Positions 52,484 through 63,767 of a stretch of 64,000 bases of DNA are shown here, in pieces; the first letter of the stretch is position 1; the number at the start of each line of letters is the position of its first letter. The stretch is from Andalucia godoyi And28 (Eukaryota > Protista > Jakobida), in assembly GCA_009859145.1 (NCBI GenBank), contig VRVR01000055.1:84062-148061 (forward strand), in the 5' to 3' direction. The notes under the pieces are model-generated. The model was not told the DNA's origin and did no database searches. It saw only the letters and a program-made list of their open reading frames with translations. The translations under genes were made by a program, and so were the position numbers.

Positions 52484-53437
52484 CAAAGGTAACTTGCCTG
52501 ACGACCTTCGAATGCCAAACGGTTGACGTCGGAACCAATTATGTTCAGAACCAGCTGAATTGATAGTTAGACACCCATGGAAATAGGATGAATGTATGAA
52601 TTTACGCTCTTCTCCTGCATTTGCATTAACGAACAGTTGTCTTCATATTCTTTACTGTTTCATTCTTCACGATTCGGATAATCCAAGAATGCATTTTGTC
52701 CTGTCTGGGATGTCTCTGCACATCCATATGTTGTTTTTCACAATTGCTGATAATACCCTGCTTCTGCTCCTTGCCAGCCCCTCTTTTCATGCCCAGAAGA
52801 CCGCTCGAGACGTCCAAAAACGACCAATTCGTACTCGATCACAGAGTACTTGTCAGAGTGTGTATTTCTAACAGACATCGTGTAAAATTCAGAATATGCT
52901 CCGCACCTTCGGACGGAAGACCCTGCAACAAAGTTCTCGATCCTGCCAGGCGACATGTCCCGGGTCACCCACACATTCCCGACGACATGGACCTTCCAAC
53001 TTGTCGGAGCGCGAAATCCAGGCAGTTTTTTTCCGCAGTGGGAACCCTGCGATGTAACAGTTCCGGTGCTGATATGGAATTCAACACTCGAAAGTCGAAA
53101 CGTTTCACCGTGAAGTTGCTCGAATGGCTGCAGTACAGCAGAGCACCACGCGGAAAAACTGCTTTACAAGGCAGGCAATCGGAGTTTATTGCCTTCTGCC
53201 AGGTGTTCGTACACGGACTGGTCGGAGTTCGAAAAGACCTGCCTTTCTGTGCCAGGACTTACTGAACGTCACTTCACTTGATCCGGATAAGCAAAGATCT
53301 TCTATTTCTTTCTTGCAGTCGAGAGTTTCTTGGGGAATTCACGACACAGTAGTTAGCAACAGTTGAAAAAGAAGAGAAAAAACTGTTTTCTTTGCAATTT
53401 CGCAGTTTGATGTGCTTGTTTACCATTTAACTTTGCA

Positions 53438-54492
53438 ATGGAGGATGGCTCTCCGGATCAGTTGCAGGGTACTTCTTGTGTAGCTTGCCGAAGCACACAT
53501 AAAAAATGCGATCGCTATGGGCCTCCTTGTCGACGATGTGTATATGCTTCTCGAGAGTGTGTGTATACCGGAAGAACACCCTGTAGAACCTTCAAAGGCT
53601 GCAGGGACGAGGACGTGGTGACGGAATTGACCGACGAATCCGCTTCTATGAGAATGGTCGCCACACACATCTGAAGAGGGTCTATCGCAACAAAGGTCCA
53701 TCCCGAATGTCGCGAACTGCAACTGCTCCTGCGCCACGCAGTCCACAGGACAATGCGGTTTCCGCCGTTGAGATAGCAGTTCCTCCTTCTCTACTGCATA
53801 GTTTCTCAAATTTGCAGAGCGACAGTATGTTGGCACAAAAGAAAGCAAATGCACAGCTGACTGCTAAACAAACCGTGGATAGTCAAAAGTTTGGATACGC
53901 GGTGCGTTCCAGCACTAATGAAACACACAACCAGCAATACACGGCAATTCAAAGAGCAACATGCAGCTGCGACTCAGCAACTCTTGTTCATCGGATCCCG
54001 CTCTCTGAATATTGTGATGCGAATTCCGTTGTGTCGCCCGGACTGTCGAAAAGTCAGCTCCCTGCCCTTTCCATTTCTCCGTATGCATACATGCCTTCAT
54101 CCTGCAGTATACAAATGCAGCGACATCAGTCCTTCCAATTTCCTGGAACTGGAAGTGCATGTCTATCTTCTTCGCTGTTCCAAGGTCTACTTCGGACAGT
54201 TACGGCGTCCGAGGAATCCACGCACTCCGCCCAGGAAAGAGCAACTGTCGATGGGCCGAATGTGTTGTCGGTGTGCTCAGTCGGTCAAGCCACGGTGGCT
54301 TGTTCAGGACCAAGTCCATGGTCTGTCGAGCTCTCCAGAATGATTGTCGTTGGCACTGTTGCACAAGACCTTGGTCGGCAGTGCGCTACCCTTGCGCAAA
54401 CTGATCCGATGGTGCTGCATGAACCTTTTTCTTCATCTGACAATCAACATGAATCACATTTCGCTGCATTGTCGCCATTGTTTTCTAATTGA
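53438..54492 (+). CDS. Zn2Cys6 transcription factor (paralog B), frameshifted just after the cluster
   Basis: TSCVACRSTHKKCDRYGPPCRRCVYASRECVYTG. Removing single A's at about 53588 and 53596 restores RPSRL (as in paralog A's GRPSRL) and runs into the 53707..54492 frame. Confidence 0.78.
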
Positions 54493-54639
54493 ATTCTGTA
54501 GCAACCAATTAGACATACACACGTCTGCGGACGATGTAGGTCAAAGAGTACAAAGCATTATAAAGATTTTCCTTTCTGTCGATAACAATGCCAGTATATC
54601 CATCAGCCAACTGTACGCTTCGGATAAAACTACATGGCC

Positions 54640-55626
54640 TCAGGTTTGGGCCCTATCCGGTACTTGGAAATCCGGATACGCCGACTTCAGTCTTTTGAAT
54701 TGGTCGGTAACATTTGTCTCGCTGTGCAATGCCGACGAATTCGTCGACGCCGTCACCTTCCCTGGGGGAAGCTCTATTACCTTGCTTGCCAGCTTGCTGA
54801 TTCCGTGATCAACAATCCTCTGGACATCTTGTCGGCTTCCCTTCACCTCCAAAATGAATCCGTGGCACTCCGCTGAGGAATCAGGGTCCACATCCGTACC
54901 ACTCGAGATGATCTGTTGCCGAGTGGGTTGTGCAGATGCTGCATCTGAATTGAAAATGTGCTCGTATGCGTCAGAAATGACGGTAAAGACACCCAGGCGA
55001 CCATGTCGAAACAAGTCTGCGATATCCGAGTCATGCGATCCATTGAAAATGTCTTCCGGTTGCATCGTTCCTGAGGGTACCTTGATCGCAAGAAAGGTGA
55101 CTGGGGATGAAGAACGGAGCAGGTTGCCAAGAACCGTGGGCTGAGGTAGAGCTGCGTGGCCGCATTTAATGGAGGAAGAGGGTCCTGAACGGGAAAGGTC
55201 ATCTTTGTCAATGAGGCCCATGCGAAGCAGCGCTTCCGTCTCATTCACCACTTCCAGGGCGTCGGCATGGACTGCGAGATGCAGCGGCTTTCCAACAAGG
55301 ATGTCGCTCCGAAGATGAAACTGCGAATCCCAGCTTCCGGCCTGAGGACGAACAAGCAGATCGACAGTCAACCAATCCGAGGAAATCGTACTCTTCTGCA
55401 CGTTGTACAATAGCAAGTACTCCGATCGAGGGTCGCACGGAAGCGCGCCGTTGTCGACGTTCCTCTGCAGCACATCCACCAAGCATCCCATTCGACGTGC
55501 AAGAGACGTCTCAATTTGATCGCATCCCGAATACCATCTGCCAGAGAATATCCGGACATTGGCAGTCTTGTTGGCGCTTGCAGTGAGCAGAAACAGAAAT
55601 TCTTCCGACCTCATGAACGCGAGCAA
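54640..55626 (-). CDS. Hypothetical protein
   Basis: 328-codon open frame with globular-protein-like composition; no family recognised; start uncertain. Confidence 0.55.
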   Translation of the reverse strand: MLAFMRSEEFLFLLTASANKTANVRIFSGRWYSGCDQIETSLARRMGCLVDVLQRNVDNGALPCDPRSEYLLLYNVQKSTISSDWLTVDLLVRPQAGSWDSQFHLRSDILVGKPLHLAVHADALEVVNETEALLRMGLIDKDDLSRSGPSSSIKCGHAALPQPTVLGNLLRSSSPVTFLAIKVPSGTMQPEDIFNGSHDSDIADLFRHGRLGVFTVISDAYEHIFNSDAASAQPTRQQIISSGTDVDPDSSAECHGFILEVKGSRQDVQRIVDHGISKLASKVIELPPGKVTASTNSSALHSETNVTDQFKRLKSAYPDFQVPDRAQT

Positions 55627-56780
55627 TTTGATCCCCAGACGACAAAGGCGGATGAATGAACTTCTGCTTCACAGCAAATTGCTGATTGTTGTCCTTCTCG
55701 CCAATTTGTGCGTCAACATTTCCTTCTGCTTTGTTGTATGAAAAAAACAGACAAAAAGCACATTCTCGTGCACGCTGCCCAACCTGGCGATAAAATGCCG
55801 GGGAACGTCCACTTTTGCGTGGTTCCCGCTTCCCTGAACGAGTTTTTCAACAACGATCCCTTTTTCGGCGCAATTCTCCGCCAATTCGAAGAAGCAAGGA
55901 ATGAAGCCTCAATTGACGCGCAAAAAGCATGCAGCCTGCTTTTGAGAACTGCCGTTGTTCGTTTGTTTCGGGCTCTGGAATCTGAAGGGGTTTGGCTTTT
56001 TTGACAGCCGAAACGTCTACTGCTGCACGCGAGCCATGGAACAGGATGGCAAGAGACCCGATGGAGGCGTAAACGATGACAAGTCGGACGAGAGGCCAAC
56101 AACCGCTACCGCACCGAGTTCCACATTCGCACATTCGACAACGCAAGAAAGCGGTGCTTGCATGAATCCGTGCCGTCAAGAGAAGCATCGTTCATGGAAT
56201 TTGGAGTAAGAATAGAAACAATGTTTGCGAAGTGGACAGCATATATTTTATGGAACTCCAGGGCTGCTCCGGACAGTTGAACGAAATGAATGAAGGCGCA
56301 AAAAAGTTGCACGAATTCGAGAGCATCTCCTCCAGCATACACGGGGCGGTTGAAGGCAACACCCTTCTGCGGCATTGCGATTTTGCGGCGGACCCGCGTT
56401 AATTTGACGATTCGGATGGTGTGAGCACATGGAGTCAAACAGAGGAAGAAACAATCGCTGTGCTGCTCGAAACAGAGACTCGAGTTCTGCACAACAGAAA
56501 AACCAGTACTCTTGTTTGAGAAAGTATTTTGTCCAAATGAGTGCAAGCTCGACCCTCTGCATGTGAGAGAGTTTCCGGCTTACTGTGGTCCAAGCAGCAC
56601 AAGGAATTCATTAGAAGATCAGTTCAACGGCCGGGGGGGGGGGGGGTGGAAGAGGATGAGAATGCTCGGAGAAGGAGGTTTACGATACTCAAATGCGGAG
56701 CCAGGATTGCTTCGGTGGCTCTGTTCTACCATTCCAACTTTACAAGGCTCGGAGCGTACTGCACAAACTGCCCCTCCTTT

Positions 56781-56993
56781 TCAGTCCTTGTTCTGGGTCT
56801 CGCCCTTCGAGAATTCGACCTGGCCCTTGTCTTTTGCCTGCTGATAGTCGTCAGGGTTGTCATAGCCGTGGGCGTGCGCCTGTGCAGTCAATCCGCCCTT
56901 GCTTGCAATGGACTGCTGCTGCTGCGGGTCCATTGCTGCAAAGCCGCGCTGGCTGCCACTGTTGGAATTGTCTTGGTCCTGTTGACGGTTCAT
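56781..56993 (-). CDS. Small hydrophilic KGG-motif protein (Con-10/YciG-like stress protein)
   Basis: RGFAAMDPQQQQSIASKGG matches the KGG/Con-10 repeat consensus; 70 aa, very hydrophilic. Confidence 0.85.
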   Translation of the reverse strand: MNRQQDQDNSNSGSQRGFAAMDPQQQQSIASKGGLTAQAHAHGYDNPDDYQQAKDKGQVEFSKGETQNKD

Positions 56994-57777
56994 TGCTGAT
57001 AGATGTTATTTTGGGTGGTTTCGCTTTGTGCAAAAGAACGAATGGAAGAAAAAAAAGATGTGCAGATCAAATGCAGAGCACAGCTATTCATACGAATTCA
57101 TGAGTTCATTCATACAACTGCAGTTCAATTGGTTTGTAATTTCGGCTGTTCCATTGATACAGACTGCGGATCCAGCGGGGAAAGTGCAATTTCAACTGGA
57201 TCCTCGTCCTTGCGAAGGGGGGCTGGAAAAATTAGCGACTGACTCCAGTGCGATCCTTATGCAGAGGGTAAGCAACCAAGTCGTCCGCCGAGCGGTTCAA
57301 GTTTTTCACATCGCCCAGTTTCGTTGTGTCAAAGATCGGTTCATCGGAGGGAACTGGTCAGGAGCGACGATAACCCGGGGAACGGTCATTGAATCTGCGC
57401 TCCGACTGCGGCTGTGTCACGCAATAGTGGGCGATCAGATACGGAGGCTGTGCGAATACAGAACTGGTCGGATCACATTTGGACGGTAGCAAGGAACTTT
57501 CGAACTGTTGAAGGGAAGAACTTCCATTTCGGGTTTGCTGAGATGTCCCAATCGGGTTGCATTTACGTCTGCACCGCACTACAAAAGAGTTCCTCCTCAT
57601 GTGCTCGTATTGAAATTGTTGGACCGCGAAAGGGAGGCTCTCCTTTGTTGTTCCACTAATCCTCTCTCTCTCTCTCTGTGTCAGCTCAAAACGGAGAGTG
57701 CTGTCTTGTTTGCATTTTTTCATTTCTTCTTCTTCTTCTCTGAACAGTCATGGGCTTTGACACACGCAAGGGAGAAC

Positions 57778-58368
57778 ATGGACGACTTTGACACAGAATC
57801 CCCCGAATCCTTTGAAAGCACATCGTGTGCTTCCTGTCGATTTCTTCACAAGAAATGCGATCGTCATAGCCCTGTTTGCATCAGATGTCTTCGAACCGGT
57901 AAACAATGCGTATACACAGGGATAACGGCTGGAAGACCGAGGAAATCCGCAGGAACAGCGACTCCTACTTGTGCAACTCACTTCAAAAAGAAAATCTGCT
58001 CTTGCGACTTTACCGAGTCTCGGCTGTGCGTACCGCCACCTATAAAATCGACGCCCTTCAGCCGAGGCGACAATCACCGATTGCAGTCCGATTTTGGCAA
58101 TCGCTACCACAGCCGCTTGGATGCATTCACTCCAGACTCGGAAAACAAGAACGCCATCGTTCCCAAATCACGGCCACTGTCTCTCTCTCCTGTTCCGCAC
58201 GCCGCTTCGTATCTTCCGTCTCTCGACTACTGTTTGCCAGCCAATTCGTCTGTGAATCTGGCAACCAGTTTTGCACATGATGATATCGAATGCTCCATTC
58301 TGCAGTGCGTCGCACGACAGCTGTTGGCATTTGGAACTTCGACAACTCCCGTGAATGACTGCGTGTGA
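57778..58368 (+). CDS. Zn2Cys6 transcription factor (paralog C), possibly prematurely terminated
   Basis: MDDFDTES..TSCASCRFLHKKCDRHSPVCIRCLRTGKQCVYTG..GRPRK. The same frame stays open past the TGA at 58366-58368 to 58707. Confidence 0.8.
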   Translation: MDDFDTESPESFESTSCASCRFLHKKCDRHSPVCIRCLRTGKQCVYTGITAGRPRKSAGTATPTCATHFKKKICSCDFTESRLCVPPPIKSTPFSRGDNHRLQSDFGNRYHSRLDAFTPDSENKNAIVPKSRPLSLSPVPHAASYLPSLDYCLPANSSVNLATSFAHDDIECSILQCVARQLLAFGTSTTPVNDCV

Positions 58369-59310
58369 CTTCGGCTAATTCGTGAGCAATACTCATGTGT
58401 AAACGAATTTCCCCAACGACAGCCATTCGTGCTTTGTTTGTGTGCTAGATTGTCGAAGCACCCAATGAGCGCTGCGAATGACGCGAAAACGCCCAAAGCA
58501 ACAAAAAGGGCGCGGCTGACAACGAATCGAGGTGACCGGTTCATTCAAATGCAAACAGTTCTGTGCATTATGAAACACACATCAACATCTAGGCGGTTTT
58601 CTCTTTTACAACACAGAAAAGGACCGGTTTTTTGTTTTTTGTTTTTTGTTGCAAAAAGAGAGGCAATGTCGTCGTTCAACCTTTTCATTCCACATACTGA
58701 CAACTGACAACAGTTGACGTTCTCCATTTGGTAGTATTTGCGAAAATTCTCCGGCAGCACCCCATTACTCGACCGTTCGCCTTTTCATTATCTTCTTGGG
58801 GACGCATCCTTTCTTTTCTTATGGAAGAACAAAATTCTTTCCATGCTATTCCATGTGTGCATGTGCGCCCCCATGAATTTCATTTGTGATTGCGAGTAGT
58901 TGATAGAGTCGCTCACACCATGGCTTGCCAGCTGTTGAACAACTGACAACCACTGGACGCCCAACCGATGTCTTGCCCGGCGTTTTCATTTGTCGTGTCT
59001 GTACTGCAGCACTAAAATTGCATATGCTGCAGAAGTACACGGACTGTTGAAAGCCATCGTATAGCGATCTTGCTTTCTACTGTTCGATTCTTATCCAACA
59101 GGGGCTGTCTTGAATTTGATATCCGGATTTTCTCGCAGTAGACGGTGCGTCCTTTCGTTCCAAATGCACAAAATGCATCGAAGACCTTTCAGAGAATTTG
59201 GGGTGTTTCCAAAGTTTTTGTCGTCTTCCCATTGTCGATGAGTTCTTCGTCCTCTCAGACACGAAGCCGGTGGATTGTTTGTTTGATCTACATATCGTAT
59301 CCAGAGCAGA

Positions 59311-60004
59311 TCAGCATCGCTCAGCAGTATTCAGCAAATGCCGCATGTCCGACTGGCTCGCATTGAAGACCCGGAAGAAGTCACCCAACACCCAATCTAT
59401 CAAGACGCCTGTCCTTTCAATCAGCAATGTCCAGCTGTTTGCTGTTGCAATGATGACGCTCGGTGACCTCTGTGTCATGACAGTTGTGCAGGTTGTTGGG
59501 GGGCTGCGTTCCATGCTCATTGCGACCGTTGAAATGCAGCACTGTGATGCATGATGCCAGACTGGGCGAGGCAGTTTCTCGCTGGTCTGGTAAGGCAGGA
59601 CCTCGCCATCCTTTCGCCATCCAGTCATTGCACGCGCCTTGAAACTTTTCGGCAAATTTTGCGGCTCTTCCAGGTGGCTTCCCGACATATCTGCACGATT
59701 CTCCGTCTTCTTCGCAACGGCTGCACGGCGGTCCTTCCCTCCCACACTTCCTATGCAAGGAGCGACATCGCTCACAGGAAAACAATTGGAAACTTTGGTT
59801 TCTTTCTTTTGCATCGACCAACATAGTGTCCACACAAATTGACTCGAGTTTTGAATGCATAGGCTGGCTGCATCGTTCAGCACGGTCTTCACAGCATTCT
59901 TGTACTGTGGACGAATAGCTTTCGGATGAAGGAACTTCATCGTGAATCATAATCCGAGGAACTGCTGCAAGCTGATTTTCGGATGTTTCTTTTGGTGTTT
60001 TCAT
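59311..60004 (-). CDS. Zn2Cys6 transcription factor (paralog D) with a possible PAS-like C-terminal part in another frame
   Basis: SFQLFSCERCRSLHRKCGREGPPCSRCEEDGESCRYVGKPPGR is very similar to paralog A. The downstream frame gives TLLIERTGVLIDWVLGDFFRVF (PAS-like, weak). Confidence 0.72.
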
Positions 60005-60747
60005 TGTGCGGAAACTGTTCTTTTCGACTTTTTGGACTGGTGTTTTTGAGACAGCGAATTGAGAATGGAGTGTGTCGAACGACAGTGAACCACGAGAAGA
60101 AGGAAAAGTGCAAATAGCTCGATCAAAAACAATTAGACATTGCGGAAGGGGAGGTCTGTGTTCCGTAGTCTACAGAGAAGACAAGCCGAACTCAAGCTTG
60201 CATTTCAACAGTTGTTGCGCCTGGTGTTCTGTTTCCACTCTGATCGCAGAGGATCACTTCCGATACAGAATTTATGCTTCATGTTGCTCTCTTTCTTTGA
60301 GCATTTTGATTTCTTCTTTTTGTCCGAAATTCTTCTTCGTTTGACAGGCACACAGTCCTTCTTGTTGTGGAGTTGCGCTGATTGGCGATTGCTGTCTGGT
60401 TTCTTTGTTCTTTTCTTCGAGTCCTGACAATGACATGTTGGCTGAATCAGAGACGCGGTGTTGATGGTATGCACAGCACAGAAAGACACAGTCCGTGTAA
60501 TTGGTACGTTTTTAATGAATGTTGTTATTTTTCTGCGGAAACATGCGTCGACAAAGGCATCCATATTTTTCCCAATCAGTCCTTCTGTAGATGGCTGTTG
60601 AAATGGTCATTTTCATTGCTCCGAAAAGCCTTCTCTCTTCTTTTTCAAGAATACTGTGCAAATGAAGAAATTTTCGAGAAAGAGCAATGATACAGAAACG
60701 ACGAATATCTTCATCAATTTATCTCTTTTTGCATTCATTGGATTAAA

Positions 60748-61962
60748 ATGATCACTGATCTTCCATACGCACCATTCCAAAGGATCTTGTCCTTTTTGAA
60801 CTATGAAAACGTCCTCTCTCTTCGTTTGGTTTCTCGCAAGCACGAACAGGCCATCATAAGTGTGTTCTTGATTGGTGGCATCGTTTCGTTTCCTGACGAC
60901 GCTTGGCCGATAAAGGTCAGCGAGTTCCTCCGCATCTTCCCAAACATGCGGATTGCTCTTCGTTCGATACGGATCGCGAGCATGGAAGAGTGCGACGCAT
61001 ATCGTTTGTATCATTCACGGCTCCAGATTTCAGATATATTTGTTTTGCCTTGCATTCCAGGTGTCTATTCTCATGGTTTGTCTGCTGTCCACACTCTGTT
61101 GCCTCATGTCCCGACGAATTTTTTAGAAGAGGACCTGCAGGGCACGGCAGACAGTTTGTTTGGCGGTTGCTACGGGACACTGCATGTCGGATCGGAGATT
61201 TCGGTCAGCGACTTGACGCGGATCGCTGTTCATTTTCCGTACTGGGACGTGTCGGTTCGGTCCTTAACTTTGTGTTTTTCTGATGTGGAAGTCGATTTGC
61301 TGATCTCGTCCGCCCAGAGGATCCGGTGCACGGAAATTTGCATTGAAGTCGGATCTGCCTTGTCGTATTTTGGTCAATTGCTGCCGATCGCTAGTCGCTT
61401 AGTCTGTCTTCCGCGTCATTCCTCGAGGGTCTGTGCCTGGGAATGGATGCACTCCGTCTGTCACCGGTTCCTCCATGTGGAGGAGCTGCTGGTTGTTGTC
61501 TACCCTTCGCGAATACACGATGTGTATCTTCCGACCCTGTCCTCTCTCCCACAGCTGGAGAACTTGCGTTTTTGGGATCTTATGTGGATATCTGGAGACA
61601 TTTGCACGATCCACGTCCGGTTTTCCCGGTTGGATCCGGTTCTGATGATTATGATCAACGGAGATTCAATTTTGCAGACCGGTGTTTCCTCCAAAGTTGA
61701 GGTTTTCCCCTTGCCGATTGTCAATTCGTTCTACTCAGAATTGGTGTTGATAATAGATCTCCCGGAACCGTGGAGCCAGCGGTTGCATTTACCAGGATCT
61801 TCTTTCATATCTTCCCTCACTATTATACAAAAATCTGTGGCGACGTGTCCGAATCTTTCTGTCGGAAGGTTTCCAGATCTGTTGCAGTTGAACACCATCG
61901 GGGACGTTTTGCCTGCTTGGACGGCTTGGTTTCCCAGTGCTCAACTATGCCGATCTTCTTAG
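60748..61962 (+). CDS. F-box protein with degenerate LRR-like C-terminal region
   Basis: N-terminal DLPYAPFQRILSFLNYENVLSLRLVSRK fits the F-box consensus; later LxxLxxLxL-like segments (FLHVEELLV, LPQLENLRF). Confidence 0.8.
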   Translation: MITDLPYAPFQRILSFLNYENVLSLRLVSRKHEQAIISVFLIGGIVSFPDDAWPIKVSEFLRIFPNMRIALRSIRIASMEECDAYRLYHSRLQISDIFVLPCIPGVYSHGLSAVHTLLPHVPTNFLEEDLQGTADSLFGGCYGTLHVGSEISVSDLTRIAVHFPYWDVSVRSLTLCFSDVEVDLLISSAQRIRCTEICIEVGSALSYFGQLLPIASRLVCLPRHSSRVCAWEWMHSVCHRFLHVEELLVVVYPSRIHDVYLPTLSSLPQLENLRFWDLMWISGDICTIHVRFSRLDPVLMIMINGDSILQTGVSSKVEVFPLPIVNSFYSELVLIIDLPEPWSQRLHLPGSSFISSLTIIQKSVATCPNLSVGRFPDLLQLNTIGDVLPAWTAWFPSAQLCRSS

Positions 61963-62672
61963 CAATATATAGAACACAATATGGTCATCCGGATGAAGTT
62001 GCACCGTATGTATTCGTGAGCTTGTTTTCTGCTTGCTCTTTGAACTTGTATTTTGCACTGACGAGTGTTTCTTTTCTTTTTGGTGAAATAGGTGTTATGT
62101 CTTTCTCGCAGCTCGAGACAGCAGCTACATGACGGGCCAGGTGCTGCATCCAAACGGCATATGTTTCTGCGCTCCTTCTTAGACATTGGATTATCGATAC
62201 TGATGTTCTTGTTTTCTTAATGCAGGGCATGTCCGTGAGCAGCTAATCTGCCGATTGTCGACAAGAGTGGGGAATGTGGGAGGTTCCGTTGGGTGTTGAT
62301 TCTCCACAACTCTACTTGTCTTCTCCAGCTCTTAATCGGAATAGTCACAGCAGGTTTTCTTCGAAAGTTTTGTCAAGACCCACAAAGTAGTTTACAGCGC
62401 CCACAGGACTAAACACGTCCCAGATTGTTCGCCAAATTCCGATTCGTCCGGAGCTACACTTTCCGACTTGTGTGGAAGGACCAAAGGAGACCACACAAGT
62501 GTCTGCGGATTCACCCCGCAAGCATCACAATTCTTCCCATTAAAAAATATTAACAAAATAAATATGGCAGGCTCCACCGCCCTCCGAAGAGCCCTGTCCG
62601 TCCAGATTGCAAATATGCAAGCAAGCAGACATGCTGCGTACAGTAACAAAGGACGACAGATGAAAGTCGACC

Positions 62673-63400
62673 ATGTTATGGGACTCTTTCACCAATGGCA
62701 GTTCGGAGGGGAAGCGTAGACGAAGTAATTTGGAAGCATCTTCGGTCCCGACGTCTCGCTCAAGCGCGTCGAACCTACCACCCAGACAAGAGAACCGCTG
62801 CCCAGCTAGTGAAAATCATCCTTCGCTTTCTGTGCGAGGTCTACTTTGTTCTTTACACAATATACATAAAGTAACTTCAGATGCGTTCTCATTTCCGAGT
62901 GGTTACAGAAACAGAGTCTCAACAGTCTTCACCATCCGCTTTGTCATCAAATCAGACAGATACGAAAGGCAGTACCGCCCAATCTGGCATTCCAATGACC
63001 AGTTCTCATTCAGCTGAGCGAAATGCAAAGCCGTATGATGATGTGCAAGTCTTTCATAAAGATTCAGCAGACGGGATTCACGATGCGCTTGCTGCAGTAC
63101 AAAACATGCAAGTTGCAACTGTTGACGATGCATCGTCGGCTTTTCCTCTTTCAACAGACGCCTGTCCATCACGCACAAACGTTCAGAAAAAGGATGCAAC
63201 AACTTGGTTTCAACTGTTCTTATGCAAGAGGTGCCGACAATTACATTAGATCTGCGATAGAAGAGCTCTTCGATGCCTGCGATGGGAAGACGCGAACGAG
63301 GACTGTGTATAAGTTGGAAGATCTCCAGGAAGAAGAAGACCGTCACACAGTCAACAAGAGTGGATGACGAAAGGATGACGCGGCCCTGCTGCAGCATCGA
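62673..63400 (+). pseudogene. Zn2Cys6 pseudogene (paralog E)
   Basis: WFQLFLCKRCRQLH*ICDRRALRCLRWEDANEDCV*VGRSPGR has in-frame TAG (63247) and TAA (63310), and Cys5 is replaced by Trp. The spacing C-x2-C-x6-C-x6-C-x2-(W)-x6-C is preserved. Confidence 0.85.
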
Positions 63401-63767
63401 AAGCCGACGAGAAGACGGGCGAAGAAAGAGTGGAAACGCACGAGAACCTCGTTTAATCCTTTTGGATTCGTGAGGCCGTATCTGGTGTTTCGTGTCTGTG
63501 ATGAAGATGAAGCATTCGTCAATGAAGCGAGGCTTTTGAAAATTAAATTATTGGTTCGATCGTCAGATAGCAAGGCAACTCCGCCATTCGATGTTCGCTG
63601 ATGGAATTTCAAAACCGCCTGCCCAGTGCATGTTTCCCTTATTCTTCGATCCGAGAACAAAACTGATTTACAAAAAAGATGCTTGTAAACCGCAGCATCA
63701 CCAAAAGTACATGTGACCCTAGCAGTAACAGAAATTTTTTGCAACAGTCCTACGCCAAGATCCAATC

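Noticed and set aside
56630-56650. Poly-G runs (here and at about 1312-1328) as G-quadruplex elements
   Set aside because: Simple homopolymers of uncertain length with no supporting context.
57358-57723. Additional degenerate Zn2Cys6 relic on the minus strand (..LF C..RCRRKCN..)
   Set aside because: It would need several indels and only three Cys can be placed; too weak to call.
18890-59560. Euplotes-style programmed ribosomal frameshifting or U-insertion editing
   Set aside because: The breaks share no slippery motif and include both gains and losses of A, C, G and T. Decay or consensus error is simpler.
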